NCBI RefSeq assembly: GCF_003018255.1
Contig: NZ_CP027440.1
DNA: 64,000 nt
Origin: Escherichia coli
GTDB taxonomy: Bacteria; Pseudomonadota; Gammaproteobacteria; Enterobacterales; Enterobacteriaceae
Direction: 5' to 3' (one strand)
Both the position numbers and the translations under genes were made by a program. How positions within the stretch are numbered: position 1 is the first letter of the stretch; every line of letters starts with the position of its first letter. This document shows, piece by piece, positions 11,412-22,987 of this stretch. The notes beneath the pieces are model-generated. The model was not told the origin of the DNA. It did no database searches and worked only from the letters and a program-made list of their open reading frames with translations.

Positions 11412-13601
11412 ATGGCGCGTTCCAAAACTGCTCAGCCAAAACACTCACTGCGTAAAATCGCAGTTGTAGTAGCCACAGCGGTTAGCGGCATGTCTGTTTA
11501 TGCACAGGCAGCGGTTGAACCGAAAGAAGACACTATCACCGTTACCGCTGCACCTGCGCCGCAAGAAAGCGCATGGGGACCGGCTGCAACTATTGCGGCG
11601 AAGCACTCTGCTACTGCGACTAAAACGGATACACCAATTGAAAAAACGCCGCAGTCTATTTCGGTTGTGACAAATGAAGAGATGCAGATGCATCAATTTC
11701 AGTCTGTAAAAGAAGCATTAGGTTATACACCTGGCGTTACGGTTAGCAGTCGTGGTGCTTCTAATACATATGATTTTGTTATTATTCGTGGTTTCTCATC
11801 TGTTGGTCTGAATCAAAATAATTACCTTGATGGACTAAAACTTCAGGGCAACTTTTATAACGATGCTGTGATTGATCCTTACATGCTCGAGAGGGTTGAA
11901 CTGATGCGCGGGCCGACGTCTGTTCTCTATGGGAAAAGTAATCCTGGTGGGATTATTTCTATGGTGAGTAAGCGTCCGACAACTGAACCCCTGAAAGAAA
12001 TTCAGTTTAAAATGGGGACGGATAATCTGTTTCAGACCGGATTCGATTTCAGTGATGCGCTGGATGATAACGGTGAGTTCTCCTACCGTTTGACTGGCCT
12101 CGCACGCTCAACAAACGAACAGCAGAAAAACTCTGAATCTCAGCGTTATACCATTGCTCCATCATTCTCATGGCGTCCAGACGACAAAACCAATTTTACT
12201 TTCCTGTCCTATTTTCAGAACGAACCAGAAACGGGTTATTACGGTTGGTTGCCGAAAGAGGGGACCGTTGAGCCATTGCCTAATGGTAAGCGTCTACCGA
12301 CTGACTTCAATGAAGGTGCATCGAATAATACATACTCCCGTAACCAGAAAATGGTGGGATATAGTTTTGAACATGGTTTTAATGACACCTTCACCGTGCG
12401 TCAGAATCTGCGTTTCAGTGAAATGAAAACCTCACAGAAAAGTGTTTATGGCACAGGGATTGCCAGCGATGGTCATACCCTAAACCGCGGGACAGTGGTG
12501 GATAATGAGCGTCTGCAAAACTTTAGCGTTGATACCCAACTTGAAAGTAAATTTGCTACAGGTGAAGTCGAGCATACTTTGCTGACAGGGGTAGACTTCA
12601 TGCGTATGCGCAATGATATCAATGCCAGCTTTGGATCTGCACCATCCATCGATCTTTATAACAAATATCATCCTGAATACTTTGCATTTGGTAACGCAGA
12701 GCCATACCAAATGAATGAAAGCAAACAAACAGGTATTTATGTTCAGGATCAGGCGGAATGGAATAAATGGGTATTCACTCTGGGGGGACGCTACGATTGG
12801 TCTAAGCAAGCGACCACTGTTCGTGAAAACTCTTATACGCCGACTGAAGGTTATATTGAGCGTAATGATCATCAGTTCACCTGGCGCGGTGGTGTAAACT
12901 ACTTATTCGATAATGGTATTTCACCTTACTTTAGTTATAGCCAGTCCTTTGAACCGAGTGCTTTCGATCTGTGGAGCAACCCGCGCGTTTCCTATAAGCC
13001 ATCGAAAGGTGAACAGTATGAAGCTGGCGTAAAATATGTTCCGAATGATATGCCGGTCGTTGTTACGGGCGCAGTCTATCAATTGACGAAAACAAATAAC
13101 CTGACAGCAGACCCAACAAACCCGTTAGCGCAAGTCCCAGCAGGTGAGATTCGCGCTCGTGGTGTGGAACTTGAAGCAAAAGCGGCGTTAAATGCCAATA
13201 TTAACTTGACGGCTTCTTATACCTACACAGATGCGGAATACACCAAAGACACCAATCTCAAAGGTAAAACTCCAGAACAAGTACCGGAGCATATGGCATC
13301 TCTCTGGGGGGATTATACCTTCAATGAAGGGCCGCTTTCTGGTTTAACATTGGGAACAGGTGGTCGTTTTATTGGTTCCAGCTATGGTGATCCGGCGAAC
13401 ACTTTTAAAGTGGGTAGCGCAGCTGTAATGGATGCTGTTGTAAAATATGATCTGGCACGCTTTGGTATGGCGGGATCCAGCCTTGCTGTGAACGTCAACA
13501 ATTTGCTCGATCGTGAGTATGTTGCCAGTTGCTTCCAGACCTATGGCTGCTTCTGGGGCGCAGAACGTCAGGTCGTTGCAACCGCAACCTTCCGTTTCTA
13601 A
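11412..13601 (+). CDS. fhuA: Ferrichrome outer-membrane transporter / phage receptor FhuA (TonB-dependent), divergent allele
   Basis: ORF track 11412..13601 (+), 729 aa; signal peptide MARSKTAQPKHSLRKIAVVVATAVSGMSVYAQA, TonB box DTITVTA, C-terminal ...CFWGAERQVVATATFRF. Confidence 0.93.
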   Translation: MARSKTAQPKHSLRKIAVVVATAVSGMSVYAQAAVEPKEDTITVTAAPAPQESAWGPAATIAAKHSATATKTDTPIEKTPQSISVVTNEEMQMHQFQSVKEALGYTPGVTVSSRGASNTYDFVIIRGFSSVGLNQNNYLDGLKLQGNFYNDAVIDPYMLERVELMRGPTSVLYGKSNPGGIISMVSKRPTTEPLKEIQFKMGTDNLFQTGFDFSDALDDNGEFSYRLTGLARSTNEQQKNSESQRYTIAPSFSWRPDDKTNFTFLSYFQNEPETGYYGWLPKEGTVEPLPNGKRLPTDFNEGASNNTYSRNQKMVGYSFEHGFNDTFTVRQNLRFSEMKTSQKSVYGTGIASDGHTLNRGTVVDNERLQNFSVDTQLESKFATGEVEHTLLTGVDFMRMRNDINASFGSAPSIDLYNKYHPEYFAFGNAEPYQMNESKQTGIYVQDQAEWNKWVFTLGGRYDWSKQATTVRENSYTPTEGYIERNDHQFTWRGGVNYLFDNGISPYFSYSQSFEPSAFDLWSNPRVSYKPSKGEQYEAGVKYVPNDMPVVVTGAVYQLTKTNNLTADPTNPLAQVPAGEIRARGVELEAKAALNANINLTASYTYTDAEYTKDTNLKGKTPEQVPEHMASLWGDYTFNEGPLSGLTLGTGGRFIGSSYGDPANTFKVGSAAVMDAVVKYDLARFGMAGSSLAVNVNNLLDREYVASCFQTYGCFWGAERQVVATATFRF

Positions 13602-13651
13602 TTTTTTCTTTGGGGCACGGATTTCCGTGCCCGCTTCACAAGTTGGCTGTT

Positions 13652-14449
13652 ATGCAGGAATACACGAATCATTCCGATACCACTTTTGCACTGCGTAATA
13701 TCTCCTTTCGTGTGCCAGGGCGCACGCTTTTGCATCCGCTGTCGTTAACCTTTCCTGCCGGGAAAGTGACTGGTTTGATTGGTCACAACGGTTCTGGTAA
13801 ATCCACTCTGCTCAAAATGCTTGGCCGTCATCAGCCACCGTCGGAAGGCGAAATTCTTCTTGATGCCCAGCCGCTGGAAAGCTGGAGCAGCAAAGCGTTC
13901 GCCCGCAAAGTGGCTTATTTGCCGCAGCAGCTTCCTCCGGCAGAAGGGATGACCGTGCGTGAACTGGTGGCGATTGGTCGTTACCCGTGGCATGGCGCAC
14001 TGGGGCGCTTTGGTGCGGCAGATCGCGAAAAGGTCGAAGAGGCGATTTCGCTGGTTGGCTTAAAACCGCTGGCGCATCGGCTGGTCGATAGTCTCTCTGG
14101 CGGCGAACGTCAGCGGGCGTGGATCGCTATGCTGGTGGCGCAGGATAGCCGTTGTCTGTTGCTCGACGAACCGACCTCGGCGCTGGATATCGCCCACCAG
14201 GTTGATGTGCTGGCGCTGGTGCATCGTTTAAGTCAGGAACGTGGTCTGACGGTCATTGCCGTGCTGCACGATATTAATATGGCTGCGCGCTACTGTGATT
14301 ATCTGGTCGCCCTGCGCGGTGGTGAAATGATTGCTCAGGGAACGCCTGCGGAAATTATGCGCGGCGAAACCCTCGAAATGATTTATGGCATCCCGATGGG
14401 TATTCTGCCGCATCCGGCGGGTGCTGCACCTGTGAGTTTTGTTTATTGA
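13652..14449 (+). CDS. fhuC: Iron(III)-hydroxamate ABC transporter ATP-binding protein
   Basis: ORF track 13529..14449 (+); start at ATG 13652 (MQEYTNHSDTTFALRN..., 265 aa); Walker A GHNGSGKST, signature LSGGERQRA. Confidence 0.93.
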   Translation: MQEYTNHSDTTFALRNISFRVPGRTLLHPLSLTFPAGKVTGLIGHNGSGKSTLLKMLGRHQPPSEGEILLDAQPLESWSSKAFARKVAYLPQQLPPAEGMTVRELVAIGRYPWHGALGRFGAADREKVEEAISLVGLKPLAHRLVDSLSGGERQRAWIAMLVAQDSRCLLLDEPTSALDIAHQVDVLALVHRLSQERGLTVIAVLHDINMAARYCDYLVALRGGEMIAQGTPAEIMRGETLEMIYGIPMGILPHPAGAAPVSFVY

Positions 14450-15339
14450 TGAGCGGCTTACCTCTTATTTCGCGCCGCCGACTGTTAACGGCGATGGCGC
14501 TTTCTCCGTTGTTATGGCAGATGAATACCGCCCACGCGGCGATTATTGATCCCAATCGTATTGTGGCGCTGGAGTGGTTGCCGGTGGAATTACTGCTGGC
14601 GCTCGGCATCGTGCCTTACGGCGTGGCGGACACCATCAACTATCGCCTGTGGGTCAGCGAACCGCCATTGCCGGACTCAGTGATTGACGTTGGTTTGCGT
14701 ACAGAACCCAACCTTGAACTGCTGACCGAAATGAAACCGTCGTTTATGATCTGGTCGGCAGGATATGGCCCTTCACCAGAAATGCTGGCACGTATTGCGC
14801 CGGGGCGCGGATTTAACTTCAGCGACGGCAAACAGCCGCTGGCGATGGCGCGTAAATCACTGACGGAAATGGCAGATTTACTTAACCTGCAAAGCGCAGC
14901 AGAAACGCATTTAGCGCAATATGAAGACTTTATCCGCAGCATGAAACCCCGCTTTGTGAAGCGTGGTGCACGCCCGTTATTGCTGACGACGCTTATCGAT
15001 CCGCGCCATATGTTGGTCTTCGGTCCAAACAGCTTGTTCCAGGAAATTCTTGATGAGTACGGCATCCCAAATGCCTGGCAAGGGGAAACCAACTTCTGGG
15101 GCAGTACCGCCGTCAGTATCGATCGTCTGGCGGCGTATAAAGACGTTGATGTGCTCTGTTTTGATCACGACAACAGCAAAGACATGGATGCGCTAATGGC
15201 AACCCCGCTGTGGCAGGCCATGCCGTTTGTCCGTGCAGGACGTTTTCAGCGCGTTCCGGCGGTCTGGTTCTATGGCGCGACGCTTTCGGCAATGCACTTT
15301 GTGCGTATTCTGGATAACGCCATCGGAGGTAAAGCGTGA
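14449..15339 (+). CDS. fhuD: Iron(III)-hydroxamate periplasmic binding protein
   Basis: ORF track 14446..15339 (+); ATG 14449 overlaps fhuC stop by 1 nt; MSGLPLISRRRLLTAMALSPLLWQ (Tat-like signal). Confidence 0.92.
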   Translation: MSGLPLISRRRLLTAMALSPLLWQMNTAHAAIIDPNRIVALEWLPVELLLALGIVPYGVADTINYRLWVSEPPLPDSVIDVGLRTEPNLELLTEMKPSFMIWSAGYGPSPEMLARIAPGRGFNFSDGKQPLAMARKSLTEMADLLNLQSAAETHLAQYEDFIRSMKPRFVKRGARPLLLTTLIDPRHMLVFGPNSLFQEILDEYGIPNAWQGETNFWGSTAVSIDRLAAYKDVDVLCFDHDNSKDMDALMATPLWQAMPFVRAGRFQRVPAVWFYGATLSAMHFVRILDNAIGGKA

Positions 15340-17318
15340 GTAAACGAATTGCGCTTTTTCCGGCGTTATTGCTGGCGCTGCTGGTGATTGTCGCTACGGC
15401 GCTCACCTGGATGAACTTCTCGCAGGCGTTGCCGCGCAGCCAGTGGGCGCAGGCCGCCTGGTCGCCGGATATTGACGTCATCGAGCAGATGATTTTTCAC
15501 TACAGCTTGTTGCCGCGTCTGGCGATTTCGCTGCTGGTGGGCGCGGGCCTGGGGCTGGTGGGCGTGCTGTTTCAGCAAGTGCTGCGTAACCCGCTGGCGG
15601 AACCGACGACGTTGGGCGTTGCAACAGGCGCGCAACTGGGGATTACCGTCACTACGCTCTGGGCGATCCCAGGTGCTATGGCGAGCCAGTTTGCTGCGCT
15701 GGCAGGGGCTTGCGTTGTTGGCTTAATTGTCTTTGGCGTCGCGTGGGGGAAACGGCTGTCGCCGGTAACGCTGATCCTCGCGGGGCTGGTAGTGAGCCTT
15801 TATTGTGGGGCAATCAATCAGTTACTGGTTATCTTCCATCACGACCAGCTACAAAGCATGTTCCTGTGGAGCACCGGAACGCTGACGCAAACCGACTGGG
15901 GCGGCGTTGAGCGTTTATGGCCGCAGCTGCTGGGCGGCGTGATGCTGACGTTATTGCTACTTCGCCCGTTAACCCTGATGGGGCTTGATGATGGCGTGGC
16001 GCGCAATCTCGGTCTGGCCTTGTCGCTGGCGCGTCTGGCGGCGCTGTCGCTGGCGATAGTCATCAGTGCGCTGCTGGTGAATGCAGTGGGGATTATCGGC
16101 TTTATCGGGTTGTTCGCGCCGCTGCTGGCAAAAATGCTGGGGGCGCGGCGTCTGCTGCCACGGTTAATGCTGGCGTCGCTGATTGGTGCGTTAATTCTGT
16201 GGCTTTCTGATCAAATCATCCTCTGGCTGACTCGCGTGTGGATGGAAGTTTCCACCGGTTCGGTCACTGCGTTGATCGGTGCGCCGCTGCTACTGTGGCT
16301 GCTGCCGCGTTTACGCAGCATTAGCGCGCCGGATATGAAGGTCAACGATCGTGTCGCGGCTGAACGCCAACATGTGCTGGCGTTTGCCCTCGCGGGCGGC
16401 GTGCTGCTGTTGATGGCTGTGGTAGTGGCGCTGTCGTTTGGTCGTGATGCGCACGGCTGGACGTGGGCGAGCGGGGCGTTGCTCGAGGATTTAATGCCCT
16501 GGCGCTGGCCGCGAATTATGGCGGCGCTGTTTGCGGGCGTCATGCTGGCGGTGGCGGGCTGTATTATTCAGCGGCTGACCGGAAACCCGATGGCAAGCCC
16601 GGAAGTGCTGGGGATTAGCTCCGGCGCGGCGTTTGGCGTGGTGTTGATGCTGTTTCTGGTGCCGGGTAATGCCTTTGGCTGGCTGTTACCTGCAGGCAGT
16701 CTCGGCGCGGCGGTGACGCTGTTGATCATTATGATCGCCGCCGGACGCGGTGGATTTTCCCCACACCGCATGTTACTGGCGGGGATGGCGTTAAGTACCG
16801 CGTTCACCATGCTTTTGATGATGTTGCAGGCAAGTGGTGACCCGCGAATGGCGCAAGTGCTGACCTGGATCTCCGGTTCGACCTACAACGCGACCGATGC
16901 GCAGGTCTGGCGCACGGGAATTGTGATGGTAATTTTGCTGGCGATTAACCCGCTGTGCCGCCGCTGGCTGACCATTTTACCGCTGGGCGGTGATACCGCA
17001 CGAGCCGTAGGAATGGCGCTGACGCCGACGCGAATTGCGCTGCTGCTATTAGCGGCTTGCCTGACGGCGACCGCGACGATGACTATTGGACCGTTGAGTT
17101 TTGTTGGTTTAATGGCACCGCATATTGCGCGGATGATGGGTTTTCGACGGACGATGCCACACATCGTAATTTCGGCGCTGGTGGGTGGTTTACTGCTGGT
17201 GTTCGCTGACTGGTGTGGGCGGATGGTATTGTTTCCATTCCAGATCCCGGCGGGGCTGCTGTCAACCTTTATCGGCGCGCCATATTTTATCTATTTGTTG
17301 AGAAAGCAGAGCCGTTAA
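15336..17318 (+). CDS. fhuB: Iron(III)-hydroxamate ABC transporter permease (fused duplicated domains)
   Basis: ORF track 15336..17318 (+), 660 aa; GTG start overlapping fhuD stop by 4 nt; two homologous halves, highly hydrophobic. Confidence 0.93.
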   Translation: MSKRIALFPALLLALLVIVATALTWMNFSQALPRSQWAQAAWSPDIDVIEQMIFHYSLLPRLAISLLVGAGLGLVGVLFQQVLRNPLAEPTTLGVATGAQLGITVTTLWAIPGAMASQFAALAGACVVGLIVFGVAWGKRLSPVTLILAGLVVSLYCGAINQLLVIFHHDQLQSMFLWSTGTLTQTDWGGVERLWPQLLGGVMLTLLLLRPLTLMGLDDGVARNLGLALSLARLAALSLAIVISALLVNAVGIIGFIGLFAPLLAKMLGARRLLPRLMLASLIGALILWLSDQIILWLTRVWMEVSTGSVTALIGAPLLLWLLPRLRSISAPDMKVNDRVAAERQHVLAFALAGGVLLLMAVVVALSFGRDAHGWTWASGALLEDLMPWRWPRIMAALFAGVMLAVAGCIIQRLTGNPMASPEVLGISSGAAFGVVLMLFLVPGNAFGWLLPAGSLGAAVTLLIIMIAAGRGGFSPHRMLLAGMALSTAFTMLLMMLQASGDPRMAQVLTWISGSTYNATDAQVWRTGIVMVILLAINPLCRRWLTILPLGGDTARAVGMALTPTRIALLLLAACLTATATMTIGPLSFVGLMAPHIARMMGFRRTMPHIVISALVGGLLLVFADWCGRMVLFPFQIPAGLLSTFIGAPYFIYLLRKQSR

Positions 17319-17324
17319 TAGAAT

Positions 17325-17345
17325 GCCTCGCCCGGTGGGCGAGGC
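17325..17345. terminator. Hairpin gcctcgcc-cggtg-ggcgaggc between convergent fhuB and hemL (candidate bidirectional terminator)
   Basis: Read from sequence; occupies most of the 34-nt fhuB-hemL spacer. Confidence 0.4.
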
Positions 17346-17352
17346 AAAATCA

Positions 17353-18633
17353 TCACAACTTCGCAAACACCCGACGTGCAGCATCGATGGTGTTATTGAT
17401 ATCTTCCATGCTGTGCGCCACGGACATAAAGCCCGCTTCAAACGCTGACGGTGCCAGATAAACACCTTCGTCCAGCATCATATGGAAGAAACGCTTAAAG
17501 CGTTCCACGTCACAGGCCATCACATCCTGATAGCACGTCACGGACTCGGCGTCGGTAAAGAAAATACCGAACATGCCGCCAACGTGGTTTACCACCAGCG
17601 GAATTCCGGCTTCTTCTGCCGCTTCCAGCAGACCTTCTGCCAGACGTGTTGTCAGCTCATCCAGCGTCTCGTGAACGCCCGGCTGTGCGACTTCATTCAG
17701 ACAGGCGAAACCAGCTGCCATCGCAATCGGGTTACCGGAAAGCGTACCCGCCTGATAGACCGGACCAGTCGGGGCCAGCGCATCCATTACATCACGACGA
17801 CCACCGAATGCGCCTACCGGCATTCCACCGCCGATGATTTTGCCGAGGCAGGTTAAATCTGGCACTACGCCGTAATAATCCTGTGCGCCAGCTAGCGCTA
17901 CGCGGAAACCGGTCATCACTTCATCGATGATCAGCAACGCGCCAAATTCGTCACACAGCGCACGCAGACCTGGCAGGAACTCTGGCAGCGGTGGAACGCA
18001 GTTCATATTGCCTGCCACCGGCTCGACGATAATACAGGCAATCTCATGCGGGTACTGTTCGAACGCGGCGCGTACAGAGGCCAGATCGTTATAAGTACAG
18101 GTTAAGGTATGTTTGGCGAAATCTGCCGGAACACCCGGCGAGTTTGGCTGGCCTAACGTGAGTGCGCCAGAACCGGCTTTCACCAGCAGGCAGTCAGCGT
18201 GACCGTGGTAACAACCTTCAAATTTAATGATTTTGTCGCGACCGGTAAAACCACGGGCCAGGCGGATTGCGCTCATGGTCGCTTCAGTGCCGGAGTTCAC
18301 CATGCGCACCATATCCATGGTCGGGACCAGTTCGGTCACCAGTTGCGCCATTTTCACTTCCATTTCGGTCGGTGCACCAAAGCTTAAACCACGCTCGGCG
18401 GCTTCAATCACGGCATTGCGGATCGCCGGATGGTTATGGCCCAGCACCATCGGCCCCCAGGAACCGACATAATCGATATAGGCTTTGCCATCAACATCGT
18501 ACAGATAAGCGCCGTCCGCTTTTTCGATAAACAGTGGAGTGCCGCCCACGCCAGTAAAGGCGCGAACAGGGGAGTTCACACCGCCAGGGATCAGCTCGCG
18601 CGCTGCGCTGTAAAGATTTTCAGACTTACTCAT
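17353..18633 (-). CDS. hemL: Glutamate-1-semialdehyde 2,1-aminomutase
   Basis: ORF track 17353..18633 (-), 426 aa, [26 protein letters not shown]...; class III aminotransferase. Confidence 0.96.
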   Translation of the reverse strand: MSKSENLYSAARELIPGGVNSPVRAFTGVGGTPLFIEKADGAYLYDVDGKAYIDYVGSWGPMVLGHNHPAIRNAVIEAAERGLSFGAPTEMEVKMAQLVTELVPTMDMVRMVNSGTEATMSAIRLARGFTGRDKIIKFEGCYHGHADCLLVKAGSGALTLGQPNSPGVPADFAKHTLTCTYNDLASVRAAFEQYPHEIACIIVEPVAGNMNCVPPLPEFLPGLRALCDEFGALLIIDEVMTGFRVALAGAQDYYGVVPDLTCLGKIIGGGMPVGAFGGRRDVMDALAPTGPVYQAGTLSGNPIAMAAGFACLNEVAQPGVHETLDELTTRLAEGLLEAAEEAGIPLVVNHVGGMFGIFFTDAESVTCYQDVMACDVERFKRFFHMMLDEGVYLAPSAFEAGFMSVAHSMEDINNTIDAARRVFAKL

Positions 18634-18839
18634 GGAGGGTTCCTGATTCGTAGAAAAAGTGAATGGCTGCTATTCTATGTTATTCATAACAAGTTAAATA
18701 CTCGTCAAACATCAGGCTGCTTGTACTGGTGCAATCCTGATTTCTTAGAGTATAAAAGTTTTGTGCATTTGAAACATTACGCTTTGCAAAGGATTTTCAT
18801 GGAACGTGCGAGTAAAATGCCGTCATCTTATTTGTATGA

Positions 18840-20279
<1,440 letters not shown>

Positions 20280-20360
20280 ACGAAATACCAGGGTATTAGA
20301 TAATGGCGATTATTATTGGGTTAGAATTTGCCCAATTGCCGATGTCGTTTGGAGCAAAAT

Positions 20361-20705
20361 ATGAGTGATGACGTAGCACTGCCGCTGGAGTTTACCGACG
20401 CAGCAGCCAACAAAGTTAAAAGCCTGATCGCTGACGAAGATAACCCGAATCTGAAATTACGCGTGTATATTACCGGTGGCGGTTGCAGCGGCTTCCAGTA
20501 TGGTTTCACCTTTGATGATCAGGTGAACGAAGGCGATATGACCATCGAAAAACAGGGCGTTGGCCTGGTGGTTGATCCGATGAGCCTGCAATATCTGGTC
20601 GGCGGTTCCGTTGACTATACCGAAGGTCTGGAAGGTTCTCGTTTCATCGTGACCAACCCGAACGCGAAAAGCACCTGCGGTTGCGGTTCTTCCTTTAGCA
20701 TCTAA
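20361..20705 (+). CDS. erpA: Fe-S cluster insertion protein ErpA (A-type carrier)
   Basis: ORF track 20328..20705 (+); start at ATG 20361 ([13 protein letters not shown]..., 114 aa); C-terminal CGCGSSF. Confidence 0.92.
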
Positions 20706-20717
20706 TCTGTTGTTCAT

Positions 20718-20740
20718 GTGCCGGATAAACTATCCGGCAC
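20718..20740. terminator. Hairpin gtgccggata-aac-tatccggcac between convergent erpA and yadS
   Basis: Perfect 10-bp stem read from sequence; T-rich tract follows on plus strand. Confidence 0.45.
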
Positions 20741-20751
20741 ATCTTCTCTCT

Positions 20752-21375
20752 TCAACGCCCATTCTCATCCAGCGCAAACGTCGGTAGCTTAAGATGCCAA
20801 CGAATAGCCGCCAGCCGAATCAATAGCGTCACGACCATGCCCATCATACTGGCTGTTTCCAGTGGTACGGAAAATGTGTAATAAGCCGTAGCGTGGACAA
20901 TACCGCCGATAATACAGGCTGTTGCGTAGATTTCTGTACGTAAAATCATGGGGATCTCGCGGGCAAGTACATCACGAATGATCCCGCCGCCAACGCCAGT
21001 AATGACGCCCATACAAACCGCGATTAACGGACCGGCTTCCGCATTAAAGGCTTTATTCACGCCAATGCCGACAAACACTGCCAGACCAACGGCGTCCAGC
21101 ACCGGCAACATCCATTTTGGTAAGCGTCTTGGCTGGCGCACCAGCACGATGGTCAGCATGCTGGTGACCATTGCAACGACCAGATCGGTGGGATCTTTCA
21201 CCCAAAATACCGGGCCGTGATCCAGCGCCATGTCGCGAATTGTTCCGCCGCCTACTGCGGTAACCACGCCCAATACCAGAACACCAAAAGGGTCCATACG
21301 CAATTTTCCGGCTAACAAAACGCCAGAGATAGCAAATACCGCTGTGCCGACTATATCCAGCCAATAGACGAGCAT
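20752..21375 (-). CDS. yadS: UPF0126 family inner-membrane protein
   Basis: ORF track 20752..21375 (-), 207 aa; duplicated glycine-rich membrane repeats (GGGTIRD, GGGIIRD). Confidence 0.88.
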   Translation of the reverse strand: MLVYWLDIVGTAVFAISGVLLAGKLRMDPFGVLVLGVVTAVGGGTIRDMALDHGPVFWVKDPTDLVVAMVTSMLTIVLVRQPRRLPKWMLPVLDAVGLAVFVGIGVNKAFNAEAGPLIAVCMGVITGVGGGIIRDVLAREIPMILRTEIYATACIIGGIVHATAYYTFSVPLETASMMGMVVTLLIRLAAIRWHLKLPTFALDENGR

Positions 21376-21412
21376 TGTTCAATCCCCACTGAGCACCTGA
21401 AAAGGTCAGGCA

Positions 21413-22213
21413 TTAATCTACCTGTGAAAGCGCATTACAGAGCTGTTGTGCAGCGAGGATAATACGTGGGCTTGCACGTTCAAACCAGTCACTCGTGAGA
21501 GGAATAACGGGAATTTTGAGCTGTTCACCCCAGTATTGTTTGATTTTAGGAATTTGGTCCGGTCCGCCTGTAATGACAATCGCCTGTGGCGCGCGTGCTA
21601 ACACCTGTTCGCGGCTAACTTGCGGCCAGGGAACCCGGCTGTCTTTAAAGATGTTTTCTCCGCCACAAACTTCGAGTACCTGGTTTTGAATCGACTCTTT
21701 TCCACTAGTAAATGGCGGATTAATGCCGAATTGCAGAAAAACACGTTTTTTAGGTTTATCAGCATATTGCGCTTTCAATTGCGCGTACTGGTCCAGCAGG
21801 GATTGCGCGGCTTGTTCGGCCTTATCCGGTTGCGGACTCCAGGGGACCAGTTGACGTAACGCATTGGCAATTTGTTCAATGCTTGTCGCATCGACCCACA
21901 TCACTTTTATTCCCAGAGAAGCCAGCTGGTCAACCTGCCGCTCGGCATTACCTCCACGCCAGGCAATCACCAGATCGGGTTTCAGCGCCACAATGCGTTC
22001 CAGATTCATCCCCTGCCAGGTGGAAACCTGCTCAATTTTTTGCGCTTGTGGAGGATAGTCGGAATAGCTGCTGACCCCAACCGGCGTGATCCCGGCGGCA
22101 AAGGCAAGTTCAGTGTTGGCGGGAGAAAGCGTGATGACGCGCGGCGCGGCGTTGAGCCACAGCGGCGCGAGAAAAGACAGGGCGACCAGCGCCCTGAACA
22201 GTGACTTAGCCAT
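21413..22213 (-). CDS. btuF: Vitamin B12 periplasmic binding protein
   Basis: ORF track 21413..22240 (-); start at ATG 22211-22213 ([22 protein letters not shown] signal peptide, 266 aa). Confidence 0.9.
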   Translation of the reverse strand: MAKSLFRALVALSFLAPLWLNAAPRVITLSPANTELAFAAGITPVGVSSYSDYPPQAQKIEQVSTWQGMNLERIVALKPDLVIAWRGGNAERQVDQLASLGIKVMWVDATSIEQIANALRQLVPWSPQPDKAEQAAQSLLDQYAQLKAQYADKPKKRVFLQFGINPPFTSGKESIQNQVLEVCGGENIFKDSRVPWPQVSREQVLARAPQAIVITGGPDQIPKIKQYWGEQLKIPVIPLTSDWFERASPRIILAAQQLCNALSQVD

Positions 22214-22904
22214 GTGCCAGTTTCTGCACCAGTGACTCAACCATCAGGCTGGACTGTTTAGCGGCAACAGCCAGGAACTCATCGAAGCTAAGATGAGACT
22301 GTTGATCGGCCACGTCGGAAATGGCGCGTACGACAACAAACGGGACGTTGAAATTGTGGCAGACATGGGCGATTGCCGTCGCTTCCATCTCTACAGCAAT
22401 GGCCTGTGGGAAGTTGTGGCGGATTTTCGCCAGACCAACAGAACCATTGATGAAAGCGTCGCCGCTGACAATCAGGCCACGTACAGCGTTTAGATTCAGT
22501 TCGGCAATGCAGGCCTCAGCGGCAGCGATCAGTTTATCGTCAGCTTTAAAGCCTGCCGGGCAGCCTGGTAACTGGCCGTATTCATAACCAAATGCCGTGA
22601 CATCCGCGTCGTGATAACGCGCTTCGTCCGAGACAACGATATCGCCCACTTTCAGTGTTGGTGCCAGGCCACCGGCAGAACCGGTGTTAATAATCACATC
22701 TGGCTTGCAGTGTTCCAACAGCAAAGTGGCACCCAGCGCCGCAGCGACTTTACCGATGCCCGATTTCAGAAGCGCAACCTCGGTTCCATTCAGTTGGCCG
22801 GTATAGATTTCGCAACCGCCGAGACTGATAGTTTGACGGTTTTCGATTTTGTCACGCAGTAGCGTAACTTCTTCTTCCATTGCACCAATGATGCCGATTT
22901 TCAT
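22206..22904 (-). CDS. mtnN: 5'-methylthioadenosine/S-adenosylhomocysteine nucleosidase
   Basis: ORF track 22206..22904 (-), 232 aa, [13 protein letters not shown]...; 8-nt overlap with btuF start. Confidence 0.95.
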   Translation of the reverse strand: MKIGIIGAMEEEVTLLRDKIENRQTISLGGCEIYTGQLNGTEVALLKSGIGKVAAALGATLLLEHCKPDVIINTGSAGGLAPTLKVGDIVVSDEARYHDADVTAFGYEYGQLPGCPAGFKADDKLIAAAEACIAELNLNAVRGLIVSGDAFINGSVGLAKIRHNFPQAIAVEMEATAIAHVCHNFNVPFVVVRAISDVADQQSHLSFDEFLAVAAKQSSLMVESLVQKLAHG

Positions 22905-22987
22905 AGATTTACTCGCGATAAGCCCGATTTGAAGGCATAGTTTACCATGCGCTTACGGGGAAGCGTATTTCTCACGCGGGAGAGGAC

